Source: Eledone cirrhosa | Taxonomy: Eukaryota | Reading direction: 5' to 3' | DNA: 64,000 nucleotides | Assembly: GCA_964016885.1 (NCBI GenBank) | Contig: OZ024743.1 | Location: forward strand, 18,414,001-18,478,000 | Shown: in pieces, positions 1-12,708 of the stretch | Layout: every line of letters begins with the position of its first letter | Position numbering within the stretch: the first letter of the stretch is position 1 | Program-made: the position numbers and the translations under genes | The notes under the pieces: model-generated | The model's database searches: none | Seen by the model: only the letters and a program-made list of their open reading frames with translations | What the model was told of the DNA's origin: nothing

Positions 1-212
1 TTTCAATATTCATCACGTGATGTATTATAGAATTGTAGTTAAACAGGACAGGTCTTAAGGAATTTTAGAAAGAGTTTCAAGCGCTTTTCGGTCAATTCAA
101 AACTAATTTAGAAGAATTACGAAGATAATTTTAATCAATATTAAAATATAAAATATCTATCGATAAGTAAATGTATCAATAAATATCAATTCAGAGATTC
201 AATAGTCTAAAC

Positions 213-523
213 CAGTACTAATCAAAGTGGTGGTTGCGCGGAGCGGTGCTGGTTCGGGAGGCACCAGCTACCGGTATGCGGCCAGTGTCCAGGTCATGCT
301 AAGGAATCATTTGAGGAATTTTTTTTATTACTTTTTTATATGATTTGATATTGTATTATTTGTTTACAAAATAAATAGAAGATAAGAAAATGGTCAACTA
401 TTATTATATTCATTATGTATATCGTTTCCGGTATAAATTAATATTACTACGAAATATTAGCGGTACGTGGCACATTGAAAAAAAAAAGACGGTCCGCCAC
501 ATGAGATAATTTGAGAAGAAATG
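213..523. mobile_element. hAT/Charlie-type non-autonomous DNA transposon (MITE), decayed
   Basis: Ends CAGTACTAATCAAAGTGG... and ...GGTCCGCC...TTTGAGAAGAAATG resemble Charlie-type CAGTGNTTCTCAAA TIRs. The 8-bp flanks GTCTAAAC (205-212) and ATCTAAAC (524-531) fit a hAT TSD. Confidence 0.65.
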
Positions 524-897
524 ATCTAAACTATTTTAAAAGATATACAAAGATATATTAATTGAGAAACAACCTAGCATTTTCTACATATATAGCAATG
601 ATATACATATATTCATATTATAGTTGAATATGTGCAACCAATGTTAAACTCTCGTAATATAACACTTGTAATATGGCTAAAAGTAACATTGTGATTTACA
701 TTTCTCTTTTCAATAAAATATGTTTACTACTAAGCAAGAGATTTTCAATCGCACTTTTGTACGAACAGGCATTTAATGGTGCACACACACAGACACGCAT
801 CTATCTATCTACTAATCTGTCTGTCTGTCTCTCTCTCCTGAGAGAGGCAGGGACACATGCACAGACACAGACGCACACACACACATATACCCCCCCC

Positions 898-966
<69 letters not shown>

Positions 967-1075
967 GATAACATGTTATCGCTATAGGTAATCCAGTTAG
1001 AGGTTGTAAGTGCTCTGCTTTCATAGTTATGCAGCGAGTTCGCGATAATTTTTATGCAGACTATACTTAAATAAT

Positions 1076-1264
1076 TGTTTCTACTTTTTTGGCACAAGGC
1101 CAGCAATTTTCCAGTGTATTACTGGTACTTTATTTTATCGACCCCCGTAAGGATGAAAGGCAAAGTTAACCTCGGCGGGATTTGAACTCAGAATGGCAAG
1201 GGCCGTATATCTATGCGTCAAAGCATGGCGTCCGACCCTCTACCGATACTGCCAATTCACCGCC
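1076..1264 (-). mobile_element. tRNA-derived SINE with Meta-type central domain
   Basis: Minus strand has an A-box-like TGGCAGTATCGG, a B-box GAGTTCAAATCC and a GCCTTTCATCCTTACGGGGGTCGATAAAATAAAGTACCAG core. A 19-bp TSD CAGACTATACTTAAATAAT lies at 1057-1075 and 1265-1283. Further copies occur in the window. Confidence 0.85.
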
Positions 1265-1267
1265 CAG

Positions 1268-2535
1268 ACTATACTTAAATAATGAAGACTAACATGGTTG
1301 GCTCTACTATAAGGCCTTTATTTAAAGTACTGACAACTGTTTTGTTGATTATGTGGGTCTAGAGTTCGCTAATCGCTTGATGTTGCGTTATTGGATCTCC
1401 AATACATTATTCACCTATGGTCAATACATCAGAGTATGTAGATATGAAAATAATTCACTCGAGGCAAGACTTACATCGAGAAATAGCGTATAATTAAAAC
1501 AATAACATCAATAATAAAACAATGTATAATCTAAACAATAACATCAATAATAATACATGTATGGTAAATAGGTAGAGCATTTACAGATGTAAAAAGTAAA
1601 AGGGAATATAAGATAGGTACATACAAAAGTAAGAAAATTAGAGAATGGAAAATATAAAGAGATAAATAAATAAATAAATAAGAGCTTGTAAGTACATAGT
1701 ATTAGTTTTGGAGTAAGTGTTCTTATAATGATTCGTTGGTGGAAACTAGATTTCAGATGGGATGCTGCTTAACAGCAAAATAGAAAGATCTATTTTCAGT
1801 AGACATAAAATAGCTACTAGATTCACAAACTTTAAACCACCATTGATTGAACCAGCAATCCCAAAATTAGCACTGAACCATCTAGATTTTAACATATAGA
1901 ATACACACCATCGCACTGCTATTAGCTATCAAACGGCCGACTGGTCACTGGATCATACATCTCTGAACATTTCTTTCACCCTCTCTCCCTGAAACCACAT
2001 CAACCCCATTAAGATAGAGCAATCAGCTTAACATTTACAACAGGCGTTTATCAAATGTCTCGTCATCCCTAGCGCATAAATATCATACATACATCCAGCA
2101 ATTAATCTCTAATTTATTGTCTCTTTATCGGACCCTCTACACTAGTTTCCCACCAACGAATCCTTATAAGAACACTTACTCTAAAACTATTATTATGTAC
2201 TTCCATGCTCTCACTTATTTATTTATTTATATCTTTATATTTACCATTCTCTCATTTTCTTACTTTTTTATGTACCCTATCTTATATTGTACTTTTCTTT
2301 TTACATTGTTTTAATTATACGGTATTTCTCTATATAAATCTTGCCTCGAGTGAATTATTTTCATATCTACATACTCTGATGTGTTGATCATAGGTAAATA
2401 ATGTATTGGATATCGAATAACGCAACATCAAGAGATTAGCGAACTCTAAGCCCATATGATCAGCTAAACAATTGTCAGTACTTTTAAAAAAGCCCTTATA
2501 GTACAGCCAACCATGTTAATCTTAATTCTTTAACT
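1268..2535. repeat. Diverged fold-back element (~400-470 bp inverted arms, ~390 bp spacer), probably a Penelope pLTR derivative
   Basis: 1275-1750 is the reverse complement of 2142-2535 (e.g. AACATGGTTGGCT / AGCCAACCATGTT; GATTCGTTGGTGG / CCACCAACGAATC). It ends in (TA)n. Confidence 0.75.
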
Positions 2536-2599
2536 ATATATATATAGATATATAAATGCATACGTATATATAAATACATATATATATATAAATGCATAC

Positions 2600-2661
<62 letters not shown>

Positions 2662-3445
2662 TAGCATTAAAGCCCGGCGTTGCTCGGGGTCAATAAGTTA
2701 CCAAAGTTAGGTTGCACCACCCATTTTATGGCAGCACTTTTTTATCTGCCAGGCACTGGTTGAATGAATTGCAAACCTGTACTGCCGAAGCAGGAGCTGC
2801 GCCAGCAGAAACAATCGTAGTTTCACCTATTGATATTATCTCTGTGCAAAGAAGTGTTCAAATTTATTGTTTCACAGTACTTGCGCAACACGAGCATAGA
2901 CGATGCTAGCCGAACAACTAGCTGCGATGGAGTTGTTCTGCATGACATGTTTAATGGGGGAGGGGGTGGATTGAGGGAACCGCAAACAGGAGCCTGAAAA
3001 CATTGTCGAATTATGACAACCAAAAAAGAGGAAGAGGATCATTGTACGGTTGGTGCATCATGTACGTCGGACGTAGAAGATGAGCCTGCTGCTGTGCCGA
3101 CGGAGGGAGGGAAATAGAGCTGAGCAGAGGCCAGGTGTTGGTGAAGTGTGAAGTAATTGCAGGGAACCGCCTAAAAATGTAAATCTCGTCATTAAAGCAT
3201 TGTTGACCCTTTGAGAGTCATACGGAGGTGAAATACTAACCTGTCCATGTTCCTCCGAGGCCCACCAAACGGGGGTTGGTGAGGAGCAACAGCTGATATT
3301 TGAGTAGGGTCGGAGTTGCAATGAAGCTTTGTAACGCCGCCAGAATCACCCTTTGTACGGCAGATGGTGGGGAGTGTCCAGTGCACTGCAGTGAAGGTTA
3401 ACCTACTTAGAAAGTACTCACGAAAAGGCAAAACATAAAAAAAAA

Positions 3446-6400
3446 TTAAAAAGTTATAAAATTAGGAATCTGGGTAATCCTATAAAACCTCCTTGTACAC
3501 AATGTTTTTGTTTTTCGTTGCGGAACGAACACAAAATCATCATTCTTGCTGCCGACACGCGAGCAGCCAACGTAAAGCTGACCTTGAGAGAAACACGGCT
3601 CCCCCAAATGTATTCCCGCGACAGACAGTGTTTTTCCTTGCGCTTTGTTAATTGACATTGCGAAGCATGGCCTGACCGGGAACTGGGACCTCCGAAATGT
3701 GAAAGGTAGAACTGCTCCTGATGGGAAAAGATGCATCCTCGGTATGACACAACCTTGTCCCGACCGCACCATGTGATTATCGTGGCCTCAATCAGATTGG
3801 GAGCTAAGGACTTAACGTCCTCACGTGTGCCATTGCATTGTTTCGGCGGAACCAAATTTCGAATGAGCATTATAGGGGCACCAACTTTAAGTTTTAAAAT
3901 GTGTGGGGGTAATCTGGGGTCTCAAAGGAATTTAGTACCGCTTTTGGATAGTTGATGACGTCCTCGGTGTCAGGAGTTCTATCGATAGACTTATGTACGT
4001 AGCCATTCCCAGGAATGAGTTTTAGCATTTGATCATTAATATGATTAACAGTTTTATTCCTCGGGGCCAATCCATATTCTGATAATTTGCTTGGAGATCT
4101 GTGAACACTGTATCCCTGAGATCAGAAGGCGTACTAACAGCGGTACAAAGTGAGTTGATGGCAATATTACCCGTTTCATCCCCGGGCGTTTTGACTTCGC
4201 CAAGTGGAAGGAGGGTATGAGAAAATGCTGCTTATGTGATATCACCTCGCATATCAGCACCCATGCTAGTGTGAAGTTTCAGAGTCTTCACCAGGGGCCA
4301 CAATGCGGATGACTCAAGACACACACGTACTGCACCAGCTCTAGTCCCCTTGGAAATAACGGGAATAGTTTGCCTGAAGTCCCCTGAAAGAAGAAGTGTT
4401 ATGCCTCCCATTGGAGCCGTAGAATCTAGAGTTCTATCGAGCGCCTCAAAAGCACCTATGTGGGCCATCGTGCATTCGTCCCAAACGATAAGCTTGCATC
4501 GTCTGAGCACTTCTGCCTGATCGAAGCTCTTACTGATGTTGTAAGTGGGTGTCTCAGTCTTCGCTAAGTCAAGCGGGAGCTTGAAATAGGAGTGAGCTGT
4601 CCTGCCACACGGTAAAAAAGTAGCCGCAATTCCATATGATGCCACAGCTAAAGCAATGCCTTCTGTTCGCCTAATCTCAGCTAATATTAATTTGGTGACA
4701 AAAGATTTCCCAGTCCCCCAGGAGCGTCCAGGAAAAAATCCCCCCAGCTTTGCCTCGGACATAATTAACAACGGAGTTGTAAGCGAATTTCTGTTCTGGA
4801 AGGAGCTTTGGCTCATTCTCCGCTATGTACTGGGCAAGCTCGTCAACATTATAAGATGTCTCACGCAGCAAATCCGAAGACAGAGTGTTTGCACCTTCTC
4901 AGTTTGTTGAAGGTAGGCCATACATAGCCAACGCACGACCGACCATATCGAGAACAGTATCTTCTATTTCAAGCAGTGCCCTGTTGTAAATGAGGTCTCT
5001 CTACCCGACCTCCATCGATGGGGTTAGCAACTGAGCGTGACGCAGGAAATCTTCAGACATATAATCTTTGTAGCTAAGCTATAAAGTGGCCGGATCACCC
5101 AAGTCGCACCATAGAAGTAGAATAACGAAAAGCGAGCTTAGTCTTTTAGGAGATTTCAACAAAACGCCCTCTGCCATAGTGGCGTCTCATTGTGAATCAT
5201 CCTCCAAAAGGCCTCGCCTAAAGCAGGCTTCCCGGAAAGTATCACATAATTCACCGTCAACAGTTCTTATGTCTCAAAAGCTTTGTGGGCCAAAAACCTC
5301 ATGGAGGAGAATGCGCAGGTGAAAACACTCATGCTGGTTGGGAGGTACAGTGTACACTCTCCCTAGACAACTGTCAAACTTGACACGTGGATGTCCTTCA
5401 ACATCCTGACCTGACTTCCTACGCACCCAAGTGTTGTTTGACCACACGTAGTAGGACGGGACCTGATGATATAAAAGTGTTTTTGCAAATTTATCAAGTT
5501 GGCAAAGCGTAAAAAAACAGTCAAGGTTGTTTATTTTGGATTGGCCGCCAAATGAGCAGCAGTCTGTTCAGTAAAGTAAGCCCGCTGGGCGTTTTCCAAA
5601 TGAACAGCTAGTTGTATGATAGTTATATGAGCGTTGAAAGTTTTCATCAGAAATGGACAGTACGGGACCAGCCACCTATTGTCAACTTGATGGCCCCGTT
5701 CTCAGGTCGCCTTCGTCTGTACAGTGGGTATCCGTCGCCGCCGGTCTGGCTCTCCTCAACAAACCTCTTTGGGTATCGTTTTGTGCACACATGGTCCTTG
5801 TGGCATGAAGAGAACTCTTGAAAACCGGGACCGCACGGACCGTGCACCATGTGTGCCTTCACAGTGTCGTACAGCTGCCGGTCAACAACAGTGTCCGATA
5901 TTTCCGCTGCGATGACGGCATCTATAACTGTAGGGTTTATTTTGGTGTCCAACCAAACCAAAATGTGCGCGTGTAGTAACCCTCTCTTCTGCCACTCAAC
6001 AGTAAACATGTGGCACCTAACAGGCCCGAAAACCTTCCCTTTTTTATTAGATCAATTAGCCTAGCCAGCTTCGGCCTGAAAACCCTGGCAATAATATCAT
6101 GCCGATGGCAGTAATGCTGCCCTGGGATAAGTTCCCGCATAACCTCAACCCACTTGGGGTTACACGAAAACGTGATGAATAAATCGGGGCGCCCATAAAG
6201 CCGAACGAACGTCATAGGCTCCTGTGTTCGCTCGTGCATGTACCCCCCCTCCCCCCCACCGTGTATAGGTTGAGGGGAGAATGTACATTTTGCCGATGTT
6301 CCGGGGCTCAGTGTCATTCCTGATGCCGTCACGCAAATGGATGTAGGAGTCTGAACGCAGCTGCTTCTGATTCAATTTTATGAAGCACAGTCTCTCCGAC

Positions 6401-8098
6401 TCCATCTTTGCAGCCATGGCAACTGCAAACGGGTGAAACAGTTCCCGTGACCTGTGCAGGGTGCTGAAATTGTTAGGCATCGTCATGAAGCGGTATGAGT
6501 ATAAAGCCATGCATGAAACAGCTTTAGATATCGCAGCAGTGGGCTCGTTTGGTTTGCGCTGAGGAATGTCGAAATGGTATCCGTCTTCTCCGTATGCAAA
6601 AAGAAGGGGATACTGCAGGGCGTCGTATGAACGATGCGTCTCATTAATACGACGAAGACCCCTGTCACGACTTTGAAGAACTATGTCTCGCTTATTGTGC
6701 TGTTCACCATGGATAACTACGGCCACTTCATTGCACGAAGGAGCGTTATAACGGCGTGCGTGCTCCCCAGAAGGTCTTTTGTCAGCATCGATGACAATGG
6801 TGAAGTTTGGTGAAGGATTTGTTTCCAATGCGTATTTGAAACTGCGAATATAACTGTTGTGCTCATGAGCATGTTTTGAAGACCGAGCAGCACGTGGCTT
6901 TCAAAAGTGTCAGCGTCAGTGTTTGCAGGTGTTGGAATAACGCCGTACCGCGCATTAACTTGCCTACTGTAGTTAGAAATGAAGTAAATTCGAAGGAACG
7001 AAGGCTTGCAATTTTGTAGTGGCTGGAGCGACCCAATAAGATGGTACACCTTCCCCTGGACCTTGAAGGTAGGCATCCAACCACTTTCTCTGACAACGTT
7101 AGCCCCGAAAGAAGTCATTTGAAACGCACAATTGTACTCCCTGATGAGTTGAAGGAATTTGGATGACCTTGAGGTAGAACCGGTAAGTAGTTCCTTCAAA
7201 GTCTCTGGTGGTTCCCCAAGAGGGGCAAAGCTGACATTACCGTTTAAGCAGCACATTGCAGGTGACTCCCCAGCCTACTTTTTAGCAATTGCAGAATTTG
7301 CAATTGAAGCGCATTTCCCCTATATTTATGTCGGCACACATCGAGTAGTTAACGTTGGGCTCATACTTGAAAGCCCGTAGATGCCAGTATGGGCTGGTGG
7401 GGCTCGTCACATCGCGGGCAGTTTCTTGTCGTCGACTGTTCCGCTCCGACGTAGAATGTTGCTCCTGTGGGTCGTGGGAAGCTCTCGCAGCAGTAGCAGA
7501 AGCCACCCTTGCAATCCTAATGGAGCACCCGTCTGCATCTTCAGAAGCCAAGGAAGCAGTCATAGCCGCAGCGTTCCTAGCAAGGCGATTCTTCCGCTGT
7601 TCCAAACCTTCCAAAGCCCTGGAAGCAGCAGTAGCCGCAGCGTTTCTATTCAGTTGAGCCGCCCTTTGTTCCTTAGCCTCTGATGCCCTAGAAGCAGCAG
7701 TAGCCGCAGCGTTTCTATTCAGTCGAGCCCCTTGTTCCGGGCCTTCTGAAGCCCTAGAAGCAGCAGTAGCAGCAGCGTTTCTATTCAGGCGAGTCGACCT
7801 TTGTTCCGGGCCCTCTGAAGCCATGGAAGCAACAGTAGACGCGTTCATTTTGGAATGACGTATCGCCCGCTCTGAATCGCACATCGCAGCACGTCTCGAG
7901 GCTTCTTATGAAGCCATCTTGGCTAGGCGTGCTGTGCGTTGTTGAAAACTTACACCAGCTCTGTATTCTGCTGAACGTAAGGCGCTCTGTGAAAGTCTTA
8001 AAGCAGTTTCCTGGGGGGGGGGGCTCGTTTGCTGAAATCGCTCCCTGCACCGCCGATGCGGTATGGCGACCGAGGCGACTTCTCTTTTTAGGTGGCAT
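3446..8098 (-). pseudogene. Helitron RepHel (HUH Rep + PIF1-family helicase), multiply frameshifted
   Basis: Rep motifs PDLFITFSCNPKW and VEWQKRGLLHAHIL. PIF1 motifs GTGKSF, IVWDECTM, GDFRQ, QFPVRPCFAMSINKAQG, GQLYVGCSRV. N-terminal MPPKKR, plus YDALQYPL and MCCLNG. Split over many frames. Confidence 0.93.
7490..7860 (-). repeat. ~66-bp coding tandem repeat (EQRxxRLNRNAAATAASRASE) in the RepHel N-terminus
   Basis: GAAGCAGCAGTAGCCGCAGCGTTTCTATTCAG recurs at ~63-66 bp spacing and is visible in ORF 7282-7884. Confidence 0.85.
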
Positions 8099-8204
8099 TT
8101 TATGTGAAAAAGAAAGGGTGAAAGTTACTTCTTCAGCAAAATTGCCTTTGAAAGTATAAGGCTGAAAACTGTCTGCGTTCCGCAGGGGATAAATGGGAGG
8201 ACGA

Positions 8205-8980
8205 ACAGCAAATAAATAGCTCACAGTTTGTTGAAAGCGCGCTTCTGTCAGCAATTTGAAGTTGTTTGGCCCAAAATCCCTAATTATTTTTTTTTTCACT
8301 CAATAAACGTGTAAATATGTTATACACAAAATGTAATTGTGTGTGAGCATGTATCTTTTTTTTTTCGATTTTTATGTGGAGTAGAGAGAGGAAATTATTT
8401 CCGTAATTGTGGATGATTTTGAAATAAATAAATAGTCGTTGACCTAAGTTAGACCATTTACAACATTCTTACAGAGGCAAATAAATAACTCACAGTTTGT
8501 TTAAAGCGCGCTTCTGTCAGCAATGTGAAGTTGTTTGGCCAAAAATCCCTATGTGGTTTTTTTTTCACTCAATAAACGTGTAAATATGCAGCAGTGTGAA
8601 GTAGTTTGGCCAAAATCCCCATATGTTTTTTTTCACTCAATAAACGTGTAAATATGTTATACACAAAATGTAATTGTGTGAAATTATTAAGGAGTGGGTT
8701 TATAAGCGTATACAAGAGATGTAAGCGTCATGTATTTAACGTCTGTCTCTGTCTCTCTGGCTTCCTCCTTTAATTTTTTCTCTCTCTCTAAAGAAAATTA
8801 TTAAGGAGTGGGTTAATAAGAGAAGGTTGCAGTATGTTTGGGAGTTAAGAAGTGATAATCAGATTCTATTAGAGGGTAAAGCGTCATGTATTTAGTTTTA
8901 TCGATTATATCCATAAATGTGGGTGAGGTTGAAATAAATAAATAGTCGTTGACCTCAGTCAGAGCATTTACAACATTCCT
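8205..8980. repeat. Local direct duplications in the Helitron 5' non-coding region
   Basis: GAAGTTGTTTGGCC...TTTTCACTCAATAAACGTGTAAATATG occurs three times. GAAATAAATAAATAGTCGTTGACCT and AAATTATTAAGGAGTGGGTT each occur twice. Confidence 0.8.
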
Positions 8981-9084
8981 ACACACTTTGAGACGAATCG
9001 ATTTTTGAAATTGTGCAAATGTATAAACATGGAACATGCGCACGCACACACACACAACAACAACAAACTGCCTTTTATAGATAA

Positions 9085-9157
<73 letters not shown>

Positions 9158-9180
9158 ATATGTATATATATATATATATA

Positions 9181-9644
9181 TATTGGTAAACGGAATAGAA
9201 AATGCTGACAAATTGTTCACAGTTGAAAAATGGTTTAATTAGGAATAAAAGAGTATTAGTGATTGTATGGGTTAGTATTCAGTTGTGGTTTTAAGTTTTT
9301 AAGTTTTTACCGGTTGCGCATTTCTAAATGCTTTTCAAAAATAATTTTGAGATAGAGTTCCGTGCTGTTTGCTCTGATCTGATTAGTTTTGGGAATTCTA
9401 CCCGTTTTTATGTTAAAAAAGTGGCTTCAATTTACAAAAATTCTTGTCGTCAAAACAATTTTGATTGGTCGGTGGAGGTCATGTGAATGTAAAAAATTGA
9501 TTTTGCGCCAAGACTGTTTTTATGTTAAAAAAGTGGCTCCAGCAAAAATTCTTGTGGTCAAAACAATTTTGATTGGTCGGTAGAGGTCATGTGAATAAAA
9601 TATTTGTTTTGCGCCAAGATTGAGAAATGACTCTTTCACAACAA

Positions 9645-9686
<42 letters not shown>

Positions 9687-9758
9687 TAGTAGTAGTAAGG
9701 TGTTCGATGTTGTGATAATGGTTAGCAGCGATATGTGTCAAATGGCTATTAAAATAAG

Positions 9759-9789
<31 letters not shown>

Positions 9790-9909
9790 ATAGCAGAGTA
9801 ATTCGTGGTGGCAGGGATGGTCAGTAAGAATGTGTCTGAAAGCAATGGGGGTATTTTAGCATGTCAAAAGCTATTTTTCAGCTTTTGTCTTATACGGAGT
9901 AGTGCGTGC

Positions 9910-9941
<32 letters not shown>

Positions 9942-10147
9942 GTCTCTTTGTATGTTGATGTACGCGTGTGTATGTGTGTGTATATATATGTGTGTGTGGG
10001 GGGGGACCAGTATTTTTTTCCCCCTGGTAAAATGGTGTACATTATTCGATTTTCTCAGTAAAATCGGTTCTCTTAATAGAACATCAAAAATCTTAAAAAA
10101 AGGTGTGAAATGATATTCACTATATATATATATACACATACATATAT

Positions 10148-10195
<48 letters not shown>

Positions 10196-10686
10196 TACAT
10201 ATATATATGCACATATTTTTTTTTTTTTTTTTTTTGCACCATAGAGCATGTGTGTTTACGTATGTCATTGTGTTTATATGTGGGTAGAGATGTGTGCTGA
10301 TGTAGGTATGTATGTTGACGTGTGTATGTTGTGGGTTCGTCTTAGGGAGAAGTGTTTAGACGGGGTCCGTATTTGTTAATGAAGTAAGATTCCTTGCTGA
10401 TGCGCTGGGTGTGGGTGGCATTATCTTTAAATTTGTAGAGGGGAAAGATTCTGAAGTTGGGATGATTTTGGGCGGCACAGGTATCAATGTGTTCACTCAG
10501 TGGTATTTTCCTGTATTCCTGTATTTTTATTTGGGATCTATGGACAGTCATGCGTTGGCGGAGGCTGTTTTGGGTCTGGCCTATGTATTGTTCTCGACAA
10601 CCTGAACAAGTTAATACATATATTAGATTTTCCGATGCACTTGTGAAATTGTGTTTTACTATAAAACGTTGTCCATCTTTGAAATA
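9181..10686 (-). mobile_element. Penelope-like element family A, 3' fragment (GIY-YIG end plus long pLTR)
   Basis: Homologous to 30011-31680 and 45716-47225. Flanked by (TA)n on both sides. Confidence 0.88.
10342..10686 (-). pseudogene. GIY-YIG endonuclease C-terminus of Penelope family A
   Basis: NLIYVLTCSGCREQYIGQTQNSLRQRMTVH...ESYFINKYGPRLN. The upstream part of the track ORF is (TA)n. Confidence 0.9.
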
Positions 10687-10714
10687 TATATACACACAAC
10701 TATATATATATAGT

Positions 10715-10766
<52 letters not shown>

Positions 10767-10914
10767 TATTTGTTCGGGTTTGTTGGTTCACCACTGGATA
10801 GAACTGGTCATTCCGTGTGGTCAACATCTATGTAGTATTATGGAGAGCACTCAACGTAATGTAACTCATCCGTCTTCTTTTGTGTAGTTGGTGGTGCGAT
10901 TACGGAGTTAATTA

Positions 10915-11265
10915 TTATAAAATAACAGGAGGCTGGACTGGTCTAAATCCTTGAAAGGTTTTTTATACTATGATCATTTCAATGACCGGGTTCAGTATGA
11001 ATCCGGTGACATCATCAGGTAATTCAAAATATAACGAAGGAATATATCAGATAAAATCCATGATCCTGAAAATCAGAGACAGGAGGCCGCCCTCAAGTCT
11101 CTGATTTTCAGTACCATGGATTTTATCTGTTATATACCTTCGTTGTATTTTGAATCACCTGATGATATCACTGGATTCATACTGAAACCGGTCATTGTAC
11201 GGATCATAGTATAATAAACCTTTCAAGGATTTATATCAGTCCAGCCGCCTGTTCTTTTATTATAT
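10915..11265. repeat. Fold-back element (~165-bp arms) with a hammerhead-like motif in each arm
   Basis: Arms such as AAATCCTTGAAAGGTTT / AAACCTTTCAAGGATTT and TGAAAATCAGAGAC / GTCTCTGATTTTCA, with a loop at ~11081-11096. CTGATGA...GAAA-CCGG-TC lies at 11159-11193. Confidence 0.8.
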
Positions 11266-12264
11266 ATATATGTGTGTGTGTGTATATATATATAAGGGGG
11301 GGGGGGTAAATATGTTTATGCTAAACACACACACGCGGTTTTGGAGCTCATGTACTCTTATGCGGTTACAGTTGATTTTATGTGTTCAAAACAATATATC
11401 GGATATATATTTTGATATCATTTTTTTATTATATATCTCGGTATCTCGGAACGAGCACATCTAGAAAGTTTTCCACTATTAATTTTCAAAAATATTTGTC
11501 CTGAAAACAATCATTTCCGATATCTTATAGATTTAGGTGGTCAATTTGCAATGTGGCTAGTGCTTCGTATTAACTGCTCCAGTATGAAATCTGGTTAACT
11601 CTTCTCTCATGTTAAATTGTTCATTTTTTTTCAATTTTTTTTATATTCAATATATATCTTCAATATTGAGATATTGAAAGAAATTATTCTTCTGCTTGCA
11701 GGGCTTCAGGGGAATCGTTACCATGTTCGGATGATGTAAAGGAGTCGATCCAAACCGGTATAAATCAAACCACCTTTTTCAAAATGTGTTACAGTAAATA
11801 TTGTATGAGCAGTGGAAATGATTCTTTCCTTTGATCCTATTGATGTCACTTCAAATTTGCCACTATATACTCTTGTATTATGGTCAGGCAACTAAGTGGA
11901 ATTGGCTGCCTTGAATGAGTTCAAATAAAGTGCACAATCCGGAGAATAAGACATATAAAATTATAAACAAATAAAAAGCATTTTACTGTGAGAATATTGC
12001 ATGTCCATGAATATCCATATAAATCACTAATCTAAGGGAAACACAAGTCTGTGGGTGATTCTTTGAAAATGAGTATTCCCATCATGCTCAGAATGTATAG
12101 AAGATATAGGAAACAATATGTGCAACCCCCACCTGCTATTCGCATGTGGCTACGGACATGTACCGTGTTTTATAACTGTGATTAGCGAGAGATACTTGTG
12201 TTCATTATAAATAACAATAGCTTATACACCTCTATTGTGCATACTTAAATATACATACATATAT

Positions 12265-12578
12265 ATAAAATGGCAAACGAAGAATCAGTTATGAATCCGA
12301 ACTCAATTTATTGCGTAAAACAAATGTTTCTCCGGCGAACAGCTCGAGGTGCGATCGGCCTGACTCTGGATTCGCAAGTTCCTCAGATACGTATTTTGGT
12401 TACAAAGCATGTTCGCTTTCTTTTTTTCTAACCAACAGACGTATCTGAGGAACTTGCGAATCCAGAGTCAGGTCGATCCACCAACGGATCGCACCTCGAG
12501 CCGTTCTCGGGAAAAACATCTGTAATACGCAATGAATTGAGTTCCGATGCACAACTGATTCTTCGTTTTCCATTTTAT
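12265..12578. repeat. Fold-back element (~135-bp arms)
   Basis: CCTGACTCTGGATTCGCAAGTTCCTCAGATACGT is mirrored by ACGTATCTGAGGAACTTGCGAATCCAGAGTCAGG. The outer AACGAAGAATCAGTT is mirrored by AACTGATTCTTCGTT. Confidence 0.85.
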
Positions 12579-12676
12579 CATACTCTGCTCCGCAAGAGCA
12601 TAGAGTGCTCAACCGGCATACCGCCTATGGACGCATCTTAGCTACGATAAGAAATACATATATATATATGTTGGTA

Positions 12677-12708
<32 letters not shown>

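Larger units (their letters stand above)
2661..9087 (-). mobile_element. Full-length Helitron (canonical Helitron1 termini) inserted in (TA)n
   Basis: Minus strand starts A|TC (9087) and ends CTAG|T (2661). A subterminal GC hairpin CCCGAGCAACGCCGGG lies at 2673-2688. RepHel fragments are internal and (TA)n flanks both sides. Confidence 0.93.

Noticed and set aside
7490-8700. Regularly spaced repeats as a CRISPR-like array
   Set aside because: They are coding tandem repeats and local duplications inside a Helitron, with no unique spacers or cas genes, in a eukaryotic context.
11700-11955. Possible host exon after TTCTGCTTGCAG
   Set aside because: No recognisable protein in any frame, and no partner exons.
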